Assembly: GCF_001598795.1 (NCBI RefSeq)
Contig: NZ_BCZP01000002.1
Coordinates: forward strand, 210,001 to 242,000
Source: Delftia acidovorans NBRC 14950
GTDB lineage: Bacteria; Pseudomonadota; Gammaproteobacteria; Burkholderiales; Burkholderiaceae_C
Length of the DNA: 32,000 nt
Reading direction: 5' to 3'
Shown here: positions 1 through 10,378 of the stretch, one piece after another
How the letters are laid out: every line of letters starts with the position of its first letter
Numbering within the stretch: position 1 is the stretch's first letter
Program-made: the position numbers and the translations under genes
The notes under the pieces: model-generated
What the model was told of the DNA's origin: nothing
The model's database searches: none
The model's input: only the letters and a program-made list of their open reading frames with translations

Positions 1-536
1 GCCCGCAGCTCGAAGTCTTCCGCAAGAAGGGCATCGAAGTGCTGCTGATGGCCGACCGCGTGGACGAATGGGCCATGGGCTACCTGACCGAATTCGACGG
101 CACGCCGCTGCAGTCCGTGGCCAAGGGCGCCGTGGACCTGGGCAAGCTGCAGGACGAAGAGGAAAAGAAGGCCGCCGAGGAAGCGGCCGAGACTTTCAAG
201 CCCCTGCTGGCCAAGCTCAAGGAAGCGCTCAAGGACAAGGCCGAGGACGTGCGCGTGACCACGCGCCTGGTGGACTCGCCCGCCTGCCTGGTGGTGCAGG
301 ACGGCGGCATGAGCCTGCAACTGGCGCGCCTGCTCAAGCAGGCCGGCCAGCAGGCGCCGGACGCCCGCCCCGTGCTGGAGGTCAATCCCGAGCATCCGCT
401 GGTCAAGAAGCTGGACGGTTCGGTGCATTTCCATGACCTGGCCAACATCCTGTTCGACCAGGCCGTGTTGGCCGAAGGCGGCATGCCCGAAGACCCGGCC
501 GCCTACGTCAGGCGCGTGAACGCGCTGCTGGCGTGA
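1..536 (+). CDS. htpG: Molecular chaperone HtpG (Hsp90 family), C-terminal part; the 5' end lies outside the window
   Basis: The frame is open from base 3 ([42 protein letters not shown]...), which is typical HtpG C-terminal domain sequence. TGA stop at 534-536, followed by hairpins. Confidence 0.9.
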   Translation, partial: PQLEVFRKKGIEVLLMADRVDEWAMGYLTEFDGTPLQSVAKGAVDLGKLQDEEEKKAAEEAAETFKPLLAKLKEALKDKAEDVRVTTRLVDSPACLVVQDGGMSLQLARLLKQAGQQAPDARPVLEVNPEHPLVKKLDGSVHFHDLANILFDQAVLAEGGMPEDPAAYVRRVNALLA

Positions 537-588
537 GTTCCTCACAAGGATTGCCTCGCCGCATTCCCTAGGCCTTAGTGCCTGCTCA

Positions 589-609
589 CTGCCGCGCCAG
601 CGCGCGGCA
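589..609. other. Perfect 9-bp stem hairpin (ctgccgcgc-cag-gcgcggcag) downstream of htpG
   Basis: Inverted repeat read directly from the sequence. It has no T-tract of its own. Confidence 0.5.
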
Positions 610-620
610 GATCAGCATTG

Positions 621-655
621 CAAGCCGGTGCCAGCCAAGCTGCCACCGGCTTTTT
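621..655 (+). terminator. Rho-independent terminator of htpG
   Basis: Stem aagccggtg / caccggctt with a 13-nt loop, running into TTTTT (650-654). Confidence 0.6.
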
Positions 656-679
656 CACGTCTGCGTTCCGTGAGGAAAA

Positions 680-790
680 CCGACCGAAAAAGCTCGACTC
701 ACAAAAAACTCACAAATACTTCTAAATACTCACTTTTGTTAAAAATTCCAGATCATATTTACTTTTGGTAATAAAGAACCATCATGCCTC
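680..790 (+). promoter_or_regulatory. AT-rich control region upstream of the DUF11/IPTL-CTERM gene, with a candidate extended -10 (TGgTAATAA, 766-774)
   Basis: Sharp drop in GC relative to the flanks. ACTCAC hexamers at 697, 708 and 728. ACTTTTG at 732 and 761. TG-n-TAATAA at 766-774, about 130 nt before the ATG at 902. Confidence 0.35.
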
Positions 791-901
791 CTTTTGGTGC
801 GTCCGGTTGTCGGCTTTTTGACAGAGCTGTTCCAGCCGGGCACCTCGTGCGTCCGTGCCTGCGGCATTCGGCGCTGTCAACGAAGCAAAAGAGAGGTTTG
901 T

Positions 902-3900
902 ATGGCTTTCACGAGAAAGGGCTGGCTGGCGCGTGCGCTGCTGTCCGGCGGCTTGCTGGCAACAGCGGCTGCCGTGGCGGCGCCGGCCGACACCGACATC
1001 CTGGTCAACCAGGACGGTCTCTATGACGGACAGGACGCATCGGCAGGCCCTGCCGGCGGCACCTTCACCTATGTGGCCAAGGTCAGGCACAACAACATCG
1101 GTCCCGACGCCGTAGGCGTCACCCTGACCGAGGTGCTGCCCGTGGGCGCCGTGTTCCAGGGCTACAGCAGCAGCCCGGGCGGCATCACCTGCACGGCACC
1201 CGCGGCCGGTACGGTGCTCACCGCAGGCAACAACACGCTGGTCTGCAACATCGGCAACCTGGCGCCCGCCGATGGCTTCAAGTCCGTGGGCTTCGAGGTC
1301 ATCCTGCCGACCGTCGGCACCAACTGGCGCGCCGTGGCCAGTGCGCGCATGGCCTCGCCCGACTACGACAACGACCAGAACAACACGCAGCTGGACCGCA
1401 ACTTCACCACCACCGAGGCCGCCGATCTGGCCATCGCGATGGCCGCTCCCGCCAGCGTCGCCAACGGCGGCGCCTTCCAGTACACCATCGACGTGCAGAA
1501 CAAGGGCCCGTCCGAGGTGCCCGCCGGTGGCCGTACCGTGGTGCGTTTCCCCGTGCCCAACGGCGCCGTGATCACGGGCGCGCCTGCAGGCAGCGGCTGG
1601 AGCTGTACGCCCGCCTCGGGCTATCCGCTGATCTCGGGCGAACTCAGCTGCACGCGCGGCGGACCCGTGGCGCCGGGCGCCGTGCTGCCTTCCATCTCCG
1701 TGCCGGCCATCGCCAACATGAGCGGCACCATTGCTGGCGCTGCCAGCGTCAAGGGCTACAAGGACGCCAGCACGGAGATGCCGGACGGCCAGTCCGGCAA
1801 CAACACCGCCAGCGCCGCCGTGGTCTCCAGCGGCAGCGAGTTCGTGGATGTCTCGCTGCGCAAGCAGGTGGCGCCCACGGTGCTGGATGCGCTGCAGGCG
1901 ACCGAGGTCACCTACACGCTGCAGCCGCGCCGCGAGGGCGGCTCCCTCGTGCCGCGCGATCTCACCGTCACCGACACCCTGCCGGCCGGCGTGACCTTCA
2001 CGGGCTTCGACGGCAGCACGGCGCCCTGGAACTGCGGCCACAACAGCGGCACCATTACCTGCACCCACGCGGGCGAGTACCCGGTGGCCGGCTACGCCAA
2101 CATGCAGGCCATCCGCTTCAAGGCCAGCGTGGCTGCGGGTGGAACGCCGGGTGCGCAACTGGTCAATCAGGGCGTGATCGGGGTTCCACCCGAACTCAAC
2201 GAGCCCAACAAGACCAACAACACCGATAGCGCGGCGGTGAGCTTCAGCAACGATGCGCGGCTGCGCCTCGTCAAGGCCGGCCCCAGCCGCCCGGTGCTGG
2301 CGGGTGAGGAGTTCCAGTACACGATCACGGTGACCAACAACGGTCCCATGCCTGTGCTGCCGAATCAGCTGATCACCGTATCCGACACCCCTGCGGACAA
2401 CCGAATGACCGTCATCGGCATGTCCGGTGCGGGCACCGGCGCGGGTGACTGGACCTGCGCCGCCCAGAGCTGCACCTCGACCGCGGGCCTGGCCGTGGGC
2501 GCCAGCCGCCAGATCACGGTCAGGGCCAAGGTCACGCTGGCGTCGGGCCATCTGGACTTCACCAACAACGCCTCCGCTGGCGTGGTCGGCCGGGACAATG
2601 CATCGGCCAGCACTTCGGCCACGGTCACCGTGTCTGCCGACAAGGTGGATGTGGGCATCGTCAAGAGCGTGGTCAGCCCTGTGCCGCCGGCCTCCATCAA
2701 GAGCGGTGAAGAGGTCACCTACCAGCTGGTGGTGAAGAACCACTCGGCCAGCACGACGGTGACGAATGTCCGCGTGCGCGACGCGCTGCAGTCCCTGGTC
2801 AAGCAGACCGACGGCGTGCGCATCGTGGGCGGCAACCCGGTGGACGAGGCCGGCAATCCCGTGCCGTACACCTACCCGGGCGGCGGCTTTGTCTCCAGCC
2901 GCATCGTCTCCGGCGCAAACGCCAGTTGCGGCACGCCCACGGGCGGCGTCAACAGCGAGGCGCGCGAGTTGACCTGCACCATTGCCTCGATGGCTCCCGA
3001 CGCCGAAGTGGTGATCGAGGTCAAGATCCGCCCCAAGCGCGCCACCACCGGCACCTATGCCAACGCGGCCTCGGCCCAGTCCCTGGACATCCATGACGCC
3101 GATCCCGGCAACGATTCCTCGACGGCCAGCATCACCGTGCAGGCCATCGCGGAAATCGCCGCGCAAAAGCAGGTCTCGCCCAAGGTGGCGGCTGCGGGCG
3201 AGCCGCTGACCTATACGGTCACGGTGCCCAACTACGGCCCCTCGTCGGCCGCCAATGTCACGCTCAAGGACGTGCTGCCTGCAGACGCCATCTTCATCGG
3301 CACGCCCACGGTCTCCGGCGGCGGCACCTGTACTCCGGCTGCCACCGATGGCGTGCAGGGCGGAACGCTGGAGTGCGCCTGGACCAATCCGCTGCCCACA
3401 GGCGCGCAGTACACCGTGAGCTACAAGATGCGCTCGCGCGGCGATCTGGCGGCCGACACGGAGATCCTCAACACGGTCGCCGTGGACACCGCCACCGAGG
3501 AACTGACCAAGGCCAACAACCAGGCCGAGGCCAAGGCCCGGCTCAAGCGTGCCGAGCTGGATGTGAACATCAGCATGCGCCACACGGCGGACGGCCTGGT
3601 GCTGGGTGAGGACACCGAATACACCATCACGGTGACCAACTCCGGCCCCTCCTACGCCACCCAGGTGGTCGTGACCGACAAGTTCCCCGCATCGGGCTCC
3701 ACGGCCACCTTCAGCTACCAGAACGGCCTGGCGCTGGCCGGCATTCCCGGCGCCTCCGCATCCTGGTGCGGCGTGCAGCCGGCGCTGAACGCGACCAGCG
3801 GGCCGCTGCAGTGCACCATCCCTGCGCTGGCGCCGGGCCAGAGCATGACCATCAAGTTCAAGATGCGCGCACAGACCCTGCCCGACAAGGCATCGGGCGG

Positions 3901-4510
3901 CACCATCTACCACGAGGCCTCGGTCAAGCCCTTCGAGACGGAATGGCTGAGCAATGGCGGCGATGTGATCGTCAACAACACCACCACCGACCGGACCTCC
4001 ACCAGCCGCCAGGGCAATGCCGTGGACCTGGGGATCGGCAAGCAGGGCCCCGCCGGCCCGCTGGACGATGGCGACACGGCCAGCTACACGCTGACCGTCA
4101 CCAACTACGGCCGCGATCCGCAGTCGCCCGCGGGCGGCTCGGTGACCGACGTGCTGCCCGCCGGGCTGGAGTTCGTCTCGGCCTCGGCAGGCTGCAGCTA
4201 CGCCAGCGGCACGCGCACCGTGACCTGCAGCGTGCCGCAGCTGGCCCAGGGCGGCACGGCGGTCTTCACGCTGGAGACAAAGCTGGACAAGCCCTACAAG
4301 GGCGCCCGCCCGCTGGTCAACTCGGCCACGGTCTCGGTGCCCGGTGACGGCAATCCCGACAACGACAAGAGCACGACCACCACGCCGCTCAAGCCGGGCC
4401 CGGACACCACGGCCAGCATTCCCACGCTGTCGCAGTGGGGCCTGATGCTGATGTCGTCCCTGCTGGCGCTGATGGCGCTGGGGACCATGCGCAGGCGCGA
4501 GCGTCGGTGA
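902..4510 (+). CDS. Large secreted DUF11 (conserved repeat domain) protein with an IPTL-CTERM sorting signal; 1202 aa
   Basis: ATG at 902 preceded by aaagagagg. Signal peptide MAFTRKGWLARALLSGGLLATAAAVAAP. About 8 repeats of the pattern G-x-x-x-x-Y-T-[IL]-x-V-x-N-x-G-P ... V-x-D-x-L-P-x-G, each followed by a Cys pair. The C-terminus is IPTLSQWGLMLMSSLLALMALGTMRRRERR. Confidence 0.85.
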   Translation: MAFTRKGWLARALLSGGLLATAAAVAAPADTDILVNQDGLYDGQDASAGPAGGTFTYVAKVRHNNIGPDAVGVTLTEVLPVGAVFQGYSSSPGGITCTAPAAGTVLTAGNNTLVCNIGNLAPADGFKSVGFEVILPTVGTNWRAVASARMASPDYDNDQNNTQLDRNFTTTEAADLAIAMAAPASVANGGAFQYTIDVQNKGPSEVPAGGRTVVRFPVPNGAVITGAPAGSGWSCTPASGYPLISGELSCTRGGPVAPGAVLPSISVPAIANMSGTIAGAASVKGYKDASTEMPDGQSGNNTASAAVVSSGSEFVDVSLRKQVAPTVLDALQATEVTYTLQPRREGGSLVPRDLTVTDTLPAGVTFTGFDGSTAPWNCGHNSGTITCTHAGEYPVAGYANMQAIRFKASVAAGGTPGAQLVNQGVIGVPPELNEPNKTNNTDSAAVSFSNDARLRLVKAGPSRPVLAGEEFQYTITVTNNGPMPVLPNQLITVSDTPADNRMTVIGMSGAGTGAGDWTCAAQSCTSTAGLAVGASRQITVRAKVTLASGHLDFTNNASAGVVGRDNASASTSATVTVSADKVDVGIVKSVVSPVPPASIKSGEEVTYQLVVKNHSASTTVTNVRVRDALQSLVKQTDGVRIVGGNPVDEAGNPVPYTYPGGGFVSSRIVSGANASCGTPTGGVNSEARELTCTIASMAPDAEVVIEVKIRPKRATTGTYANAASAQSLDIHDADPGNDSSTASITVQAIAEIAAQKQVSPKVAAAGEPLTYTVTVPNYGPSSAANVTLKDVLPADAIFIGTPTVSGGGTCTPAATDGVQGGTLECAWTNPLPTGAQYTVSYKMRSRGDLAADTEILNTVAVDTATEELTKANNQAEAKARLKRAELDVNISMRHTADGLVLGEDTEYTITVTNSGPSYATQVVVTDKFPASGSTATFSYQNGLALAGIPGASASWCGVQPALNATSGPLQCTIPALAPGQSMTIKFKMRAQTLPDKASGGTIYHEASVKPFETEWLSNGGDVIVNNTTTDRTSTSRQGNAVDLGIGKQGPAGPLDDGDTASYTLTVTNYGRDPQSPAGGSVTDVLPAGLEFVSASAGCSYASGTRTVTCSVPQLAQGGTAVFTLETKLDKPYKGARPLVNSATVSVPGDGNPDNDKSTTTTPLKPGPDTTASIPTLSQWGLMLMSSLLALMALGTMRRRERR
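4418..4507 (+). other. IPTLxxWG C-terminal sorting signal (motif + TM helix + Arg cluster) of the DUF11 protein
   Basis: IPTLSQWG, then the hydrophobic stretch LMLMSSLLALMALGT, then MRRRERR and stop. This is the tripartite architecture of exosortase substrates. Confidence 0.85.
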
Positions 4511-4528
4511 TGCGCCCGTGACGGCAAG

Positions 4529-4568
4529 GGCCGGTGGCGTGATTCACGCACCGGCCTTTGTCGTCTTT
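4529..4568 (+). terminator. Rho-independent terminator after the DUF11 gene
   Basis: ggccggtg(g)gcgt-gat-tcacg... pairs back to caccggcc (8 bp + 4 bp stem with one bulge), followed by tttgtcgtcttt. Confidence 0.6.
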
Positions 4569-4586
4569 GAGCGGTCCGAAGATAAT
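4558..4586 (+). promoter_or_regulatory. Candidate sigma-70 promoter for the exosortase gene (TTGTCG-17 nt-GATAAT)
   Basis: -35 TTGTCG at 4558-4563, a 17-nt spacer, and -10 GATAAT at 4581-4586. It lies about 75 nt upstream of the ATG at 4660. Confidence 0.35.
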
Positions 4587-4659
4587 GCGAGCCTATAGAG
4601 GGACACTGTTTCGCAACTGCCAGGTCGCAAGCCCGGCAACCAACACTCCAAGACCTGCC

Positions 4660-5211
4660 ATGCTGCGCTTCTTTCTGATCTTTCTGGCCATCCAGCTGAC
4701 GATGTTCGGGCTGAACCTGCTCAGTTGGGTGCAGCAGCACATCGTGCTGCCCTGGACGGCCTTCCTGGCGCACATCTGTGCCTCGCTGGTGACCTGGTTC
4801 GACAGCACGGCCTCGGCCACGGGCAAGGTGCTGTGGAACACGGCCACGGGCTTCGGCGTCTCCATCGAGGCCGGCTGCAATGGCCTGGAGGCCTACATCG
4901 TGCTGTTTGCCGCCGTGATGGCCTTCCCCTCGTCATGGCGCCAGAAGCTGGTGGGCCTGCTGGCCGGCTTCGTGGCCGTACAGGCCATCAATGTGCTGCG
5001 CGTCATCAGCCTGTTCTACCTGGGCCAGTGGAGCACCACGGCCTTCAACTTCGCGCATGAGTACCTCTGGCAGGCGCTGATCATGCTGGACGTGCTGGTG
5101 TTCTGGCTGCTGTGGGTGCGCTGGAGCGGCCGCAAGGCGCCGTCGCAGGATGATGGCGGCCAGCCGCCGCTGCCGCCCGCCGCTGCAGCTTCCGCCGCCG
5201 TGGCCGCCTGA
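4660..5211 (+). CDS. xrtH: Exosortase family protein, XrtH-like (IPTLxxWG-CTERM-specific class); 183 aa polytopic membrane protein
   Basis: MLRFFLIFLAIQLTMFGLNLL... Conserved exosortase residues are visible: Cys in EAGCNGLE, Arg in INVLRVISL, His in FNFAHEYLW. It sits immediately downstream of an IPTL-CTERM substrate. Confidence 0.8.
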   Translation: MLRFFLIFLAIQLTMFGLNLLSWVQQHIVLPWTAFLAHICASLVTWFDSTASATGKVLWNTATGFGVSIEAGCNGLEAYIVLFAAVMAFPSSWRQKLVGLLAGFVAVQAINVLRVISLFYLGQWSTTAFNFAHEYLWQALIMLDVLVFWLLWVRWSGRKAPSQDDGGQPPLPPAAAASAAVAA

Positions 5212-5221
5212 GGAGCAGGCC

Positions 5222-5974
5222 ATGATCGGACGCAATCCCATCTCGCGCTTCGCGGCCCTGGCCATGGGCGGCATCGTGGTGCTGACCCTGGCCTGGACGC
5301 TGGCGGCTGGCTGGCTGGCCGTGCCGGTGTCCGGCATGAGCAAGTGGATGCTGGAGAACGCCGCCAACGGCTGGGTGCAGCGCGTGGACATGGAGACGCC
5401 CCGCAGCCTGGTCGTCAATTCCTCGGTCCAGGTCTCCAACGAGCAGACCGGCTGGCGCCGCGCTGAGGCCATCGTCGAGGTCGATCCCGCCCGCTACGGC
5501 TACGGCCTGCCGGTGCTGGTGGCCATGCTGCTGGCGGCCTGGGGTCCGGGCCGGTGGTGGCGCATCCTGGTTGGGTATGTGGCGCTGCTGCCGCTGCAGA
5601 CCTTCAGTGTGGTCACGCAGGTGTTGATGCAGTTGTGCCTGGCGGCCAAGCTGGACCTCAATGTGTTGGGTCTCCAGGGATGGCAGCTCAATGCCATTGT
5701 CTACGGCTACCAGATGGGGGGCCTGATGGTGCCCACGCTGGCGCCTGTACTGCTGTGGCTGGTGCTGGACATGGGCTTTGTGCGCCGCGTGCTGCTGCCG
5801 GCCTGGAACCGCAGCCGTGCTGCCGCCGCACCGCAGCCCGTGGTGGCGCCCAAGCCTTCGGCATGGCGCCAGACGGATGGCGCGGCCACCTCCACCGGCA
5901 ACCCGCTGGTGTCCTCCAGCAGCGCAGCTACCCTGCCACGGGCCAAGGCCAAGACCACGGGGCCGGCGCAGTAG
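5222..5974 (+). CDS. Exosortase H-associated membrane protein (hypothetical polytopic membrane protein); 250 aa
   Basis: ATG at 5222 preceded by gaggag, 10 nt after the xrtH stop. It has several hydrophobic helices and an Ala/Pro/Ser-rich tail. The functional label rests on position only. Confidence 0.6.
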   Translation: MIGRNPISRFAALAMGGIVVLTLAWTLAAGWLAVPVSGMSKWMLENAANGWVQRVDMETPRSLVVNSSVQVSNEQTGWRRAEAIVEVDPARYGYGLPVLVAMLLAAWGPGRWWRILVGYVALLPLQTFSVVTQVLMQLCLAAKLDLNVLGLQGWQLNAIVYGYQMGGLMVPTLAPVLLWLVLDMGFVRRVLLPAWNRSRAAAAPQPVVAPKPSAWRQTDGAATSTGNPLVSSSSAATLPRAKAKTTGPAQ

Positions 5975-6010
5975 GCCTGCACTTCCCGGCTGGCGGGCAG
6001 GCCCTGTTTT
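5974..6010 (+). terminator. Hairpin plus TTTT between the convergent exosortase-associated gene and ureG
   Basis: ggcctgc ... gcaggcc outer stem with inner cccg/cggg pairing, then ctgtttt. ureG stops at 6012 on the other strand. Confidence 0.4.
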
Positions 6011-6011
6011 C

Positions 6012-6653
<642 letters not shown>

Positions 6654-6673
6654 GGTGGACTTGGGGTGAGTGA

Positions 6674-7390
6674 TCAGGACCGGAAGAGCCGGGAGTACTG
6701 GTGTTCGTGCCGTGCCTGCAGCACGCTCCATTGGGGCAGCATGGTGTCCAGCCGGGGCGGCGCCTCGCTGGCGCGGCGGCGTGCCTCGCCCACGGCCTGC
6801 TCCAGCAGCGGATGCAGGGCCAGCAGCAGGCTCTGGCCCGCCACCTGGCCCAGCGGCACGGCCTTGATGGCGGCGGCCACCTGGTTCTCCAGCCAGGCAA
6901 AGCCATAGGCCAGCAGGGCATGGTCCTCGTCGGCATCCACGGCGGCGCAGGCACAGGCAAAGGCCGTGGGATAGGCCAGGCCCGGTCCCTCCACAAGGGC
7001 GCCCAGTTGTGCGATGCGGGGTGCAAAGGCCTCGCCGCCCCAGGGCACGGAGCGCAGCAGGCTGTGCAGCGACCAGCCCATCTGCAGCGTCTCGGCACGG
7101 GCCTCGCGGCTGTCGCGGCTGGCAATGAACCACTGGTTCCATTCGTGCACCGCCCCCTCGTCGCCTGCGCTCCAGGCCCGGCGCAGCAGCAGCCACAGCG
7201 GCGCCTCGCAGCGTGCAAAGCCGTGGGCCAGCGCATCGGCAATCCAGGTGCGCGCCGTGCCGGCATCCGTGACCAGGCCGTGCTCGATGGCGGCCTCCAG
7301 CCCCTGCGAATAGCTGAAGCCGCCCACGGGCAGCTGGGGCGATGCCAGGTGCAGCAGGGCGCACAGCCCCTGTATCGACAGGTCAGCCAT
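6674..7390 (-). CDS. ureF: Urease accessory protein UreF
   Basis: [36 protein letters not shown]...; 238 aa. Its start overlaps the ureE stop by 8 nt. Confidence 0.9.
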   Translation of the reverse strand: MADLSIQGLCALLHLASPQLPVGGFSYSQGLEAAIEHGLVTDAGTARTWIADALAHGFARCEAPLWLLLRRAWSAGDEGAVHEWNQWFIASRDSREARAETLQMGWSLHSLLRSVPWGGEAFAPRIAQLGALVEGPGLAYPTAFACACAAVDADEDHALLAYGFAWLENQVAAAIKAVPLGQVAGQSLLLALHPLLEQAVGEARRRASEAPPRLDTMLPQWSVLQARHEHQYSRLFRS

Positions 7391-8027
7391 GCGGATGGTC
7401 GTGGCCGTGCCCGTGTCCGCAGCAGCCTTTGTGATCATGGTCATGGCTGTGATCGTGGCCATGTTCATGCCCGTGGGAATGATCGTGTGAATGGCCGTGT
7501 GCGTGCCCATGGTCATGCAGCGCATACACGCTCTGCGCCAGTGCCTGGTCCTCGGCAAAGCTGGCGTCATGGCCGTGGCGGTGGCCGCCGCCATAGGCAC
7601 CGGCCTCGGGCTCGAAGGGCGCATCCACCAGGGCCACCTGCGCGCCCAGGCGCAGCAGCATGTCGTGCAGCACGGGGTCGTTTTCCAGGTGCAGGTGCGT
7701 GGGCGTGACCTCCACCGGGATATGCCGGTTGCCCAGGTGGTAGGCCGCACGCAGCAGGCCCAGCGGCGTGGCCGCCGTCACGCGCAACACCGCCTGGGGC
7801 GCCGCGCGCACGGCGACCAGGCTGCCATCCTCGGCCACCAGCACATCGCCGCCGCGCAGCACGCTGCCGCGCGCCAGCACCACGGCCAGCTCGCGCCCCG
7901 TGGAGTCCGTTGCCGCAAAGCGGCTCTTCTGGCGCATGTCCCAGTCCAGCTCCAGCGTGGCGGCGCGCCTGACCAGCACGGCGGCAAGGCCGCCGCCCTG
8001 GGGCATGTGTTTGTTGACGGTGAGCAT
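7383..8027 (-). CDS. ureE: Urease accessory metallochaperone UreE with a His-rich C-terminal tail
   Basis: MLTVNKH...[17 protein letters not shown]...[18 protein letters not shown]..., then the tail [44 protein letters not shown]. Confidence 0.9.
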   Translation of the reverse strand: MLTVNKHMPQGGGLAAVLVRRAATLELDWDMRQKSRFAATDSTGRELAVVLARGSVLRGGDVLVAEDGSLVAVRAAPQAVLRVTAATPLGLLRAAYHLGNRHIPVEVTPTHLHLENDPVLHDMLLRLGAQVALVDAPFEPEAGAYGGGHRHGHDASFAEDQALAQSVYALHDHGHAHGHSHDHSHGHEHGHDHSHDHDHKGCCGHGHGHDHPHG

Positions 8028-8093
8028 GGATTTGCTTTTTACTAAGAGTGGGTACCGCGTGACGCAACCGAAGACAGCAAAGGAGGGGTCATC

Positions 8094-8300
8094 ATGTTCG
8101 CCGTCAAACTGATCGAGGTAGGAGATGCCTTGGGATTGATCTTTCCCGAGGAGTTGCTGAGGCGTTTGAAGCTCGGCGAAGTTGACCGTTTGTACATGAG
8201 GGAGTCTGCGAACGGCAGTGTCACCTTATTTGCCTATGACCCGGATGATCATCTTCCGGGTGGTACGGGTACATCTTCTTCAGGCGATGCAAACGCGTGA
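8094..8300 (+). CDS. AbrB/MazE/SpoVT-type (antitoxin-like) small DNA-binding protein; 68 aa, orphan, on the strand opposite to the urease operon
   Basis: Strong SD aaggagg at 8078-8084 followed by ATG at 8094. [51 protein letters not shown] matches the swapped-hairpin antitoxin pattern (K-[VL]-G-x-x-x-G-[VL]-I-[LF]-P-K/E-E ... GD-x-LY ... L-x-P-YDP). The C-terminus ([16 protein letters not shown]) is atypical. Local GC is lower than the flanks. Confidence 0.55.
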   Translation: MFAVKLIEVGDALGLIFPEELLRRLKLGEVDRLYMRESANGSVTLFAYDPDDHLPGGTGTSSSGDANA

Positions 8301-8329
8301 ATCTGCTCTGCATAGGGATGACCAGATAG

Positions 8330-10033
<1,704 letters not shown>

Positions 10034-10045
10034 GAATGTTCCCTT

Positions 10046-10363
10046 TCAGAGAGGCCCCATCACCTTGGCGTTGAAGCCATAGATGATGCGGTCGCCGGAG
10101 ATTTCCACCAGTTCCACGGTGCGCTCCTGCCCGGGCTCGAAGCGCACGGCCGTGCCGGCCGCGATGTTCAGCCGCCAGCCGCGTGCGGCGGCGCGGTCGA
10201 AGTGCAGGGCCTCGTTGACTTCGAAGAAATGAAAGTGCGAGCCCACCTGCACCGGCCGGTCGCCGGTGTTGGTGACCGTGAGGGTCTGCACCGGCCGGCC
10301 CGCGTTCAGCAGGATCTCGCCGGGCTCGGCGAGCAGCTCGCCGGGGATGATGCGCTCAGTCAT
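10046..10363 (-). CDS. ureB: Urease beta subunit
   Basis: 105 aa, [24 protein letters not shown]...[11 protein letters not shown]... Confidence 0.95.
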   Translation of the reverse strand: MTERIIPGELLAEPGEILLNAGRPVQTLTVTNTGDRPVQVGSHFHFFEVNEALHFDRAAARGWRLNIAAGTAVRFEPGQERTVELVEISGDRIIYGFNAKVMGPL

Positions 10364-10378
10364 GTGCGGCTCCCGCGC

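Noticed and set aside
782-3913. 1043-aa ORF on the minus strand covering the DUF11 gene
   Set aside because: It is a mirror-frame artefact of high GC content. The translation is Arg/Gly/Ala/His/Val-rich with no recognisable motif, signal or repeat logic. The plus-strand frame, in contrast, has a signal peptide, DUF11 repeats and a sorting signal.
6654-7364. 5' extension of ureG to a 450-aa ORF; similar long extensions exist for ureF, hupE, the REC-GGDEF, hbd, crotonase and GGDEF genes
   Set aside because: The extensions overlap the upstream gene in another frame and have Pro/Arg/Gly-rich composition. Canonical N-termini with ATG, often with an SD, occur at the positions used in the feature list.
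7383-7510. Extreme His-rich tail of UreE (HGH/HDH repeats plus a CC pair), considered as an unusual metal-binding element
   Set aside because: His-rich C-terminal tails of variable length are a well-known feature of UreE proteins. Only the length and composition are variable.
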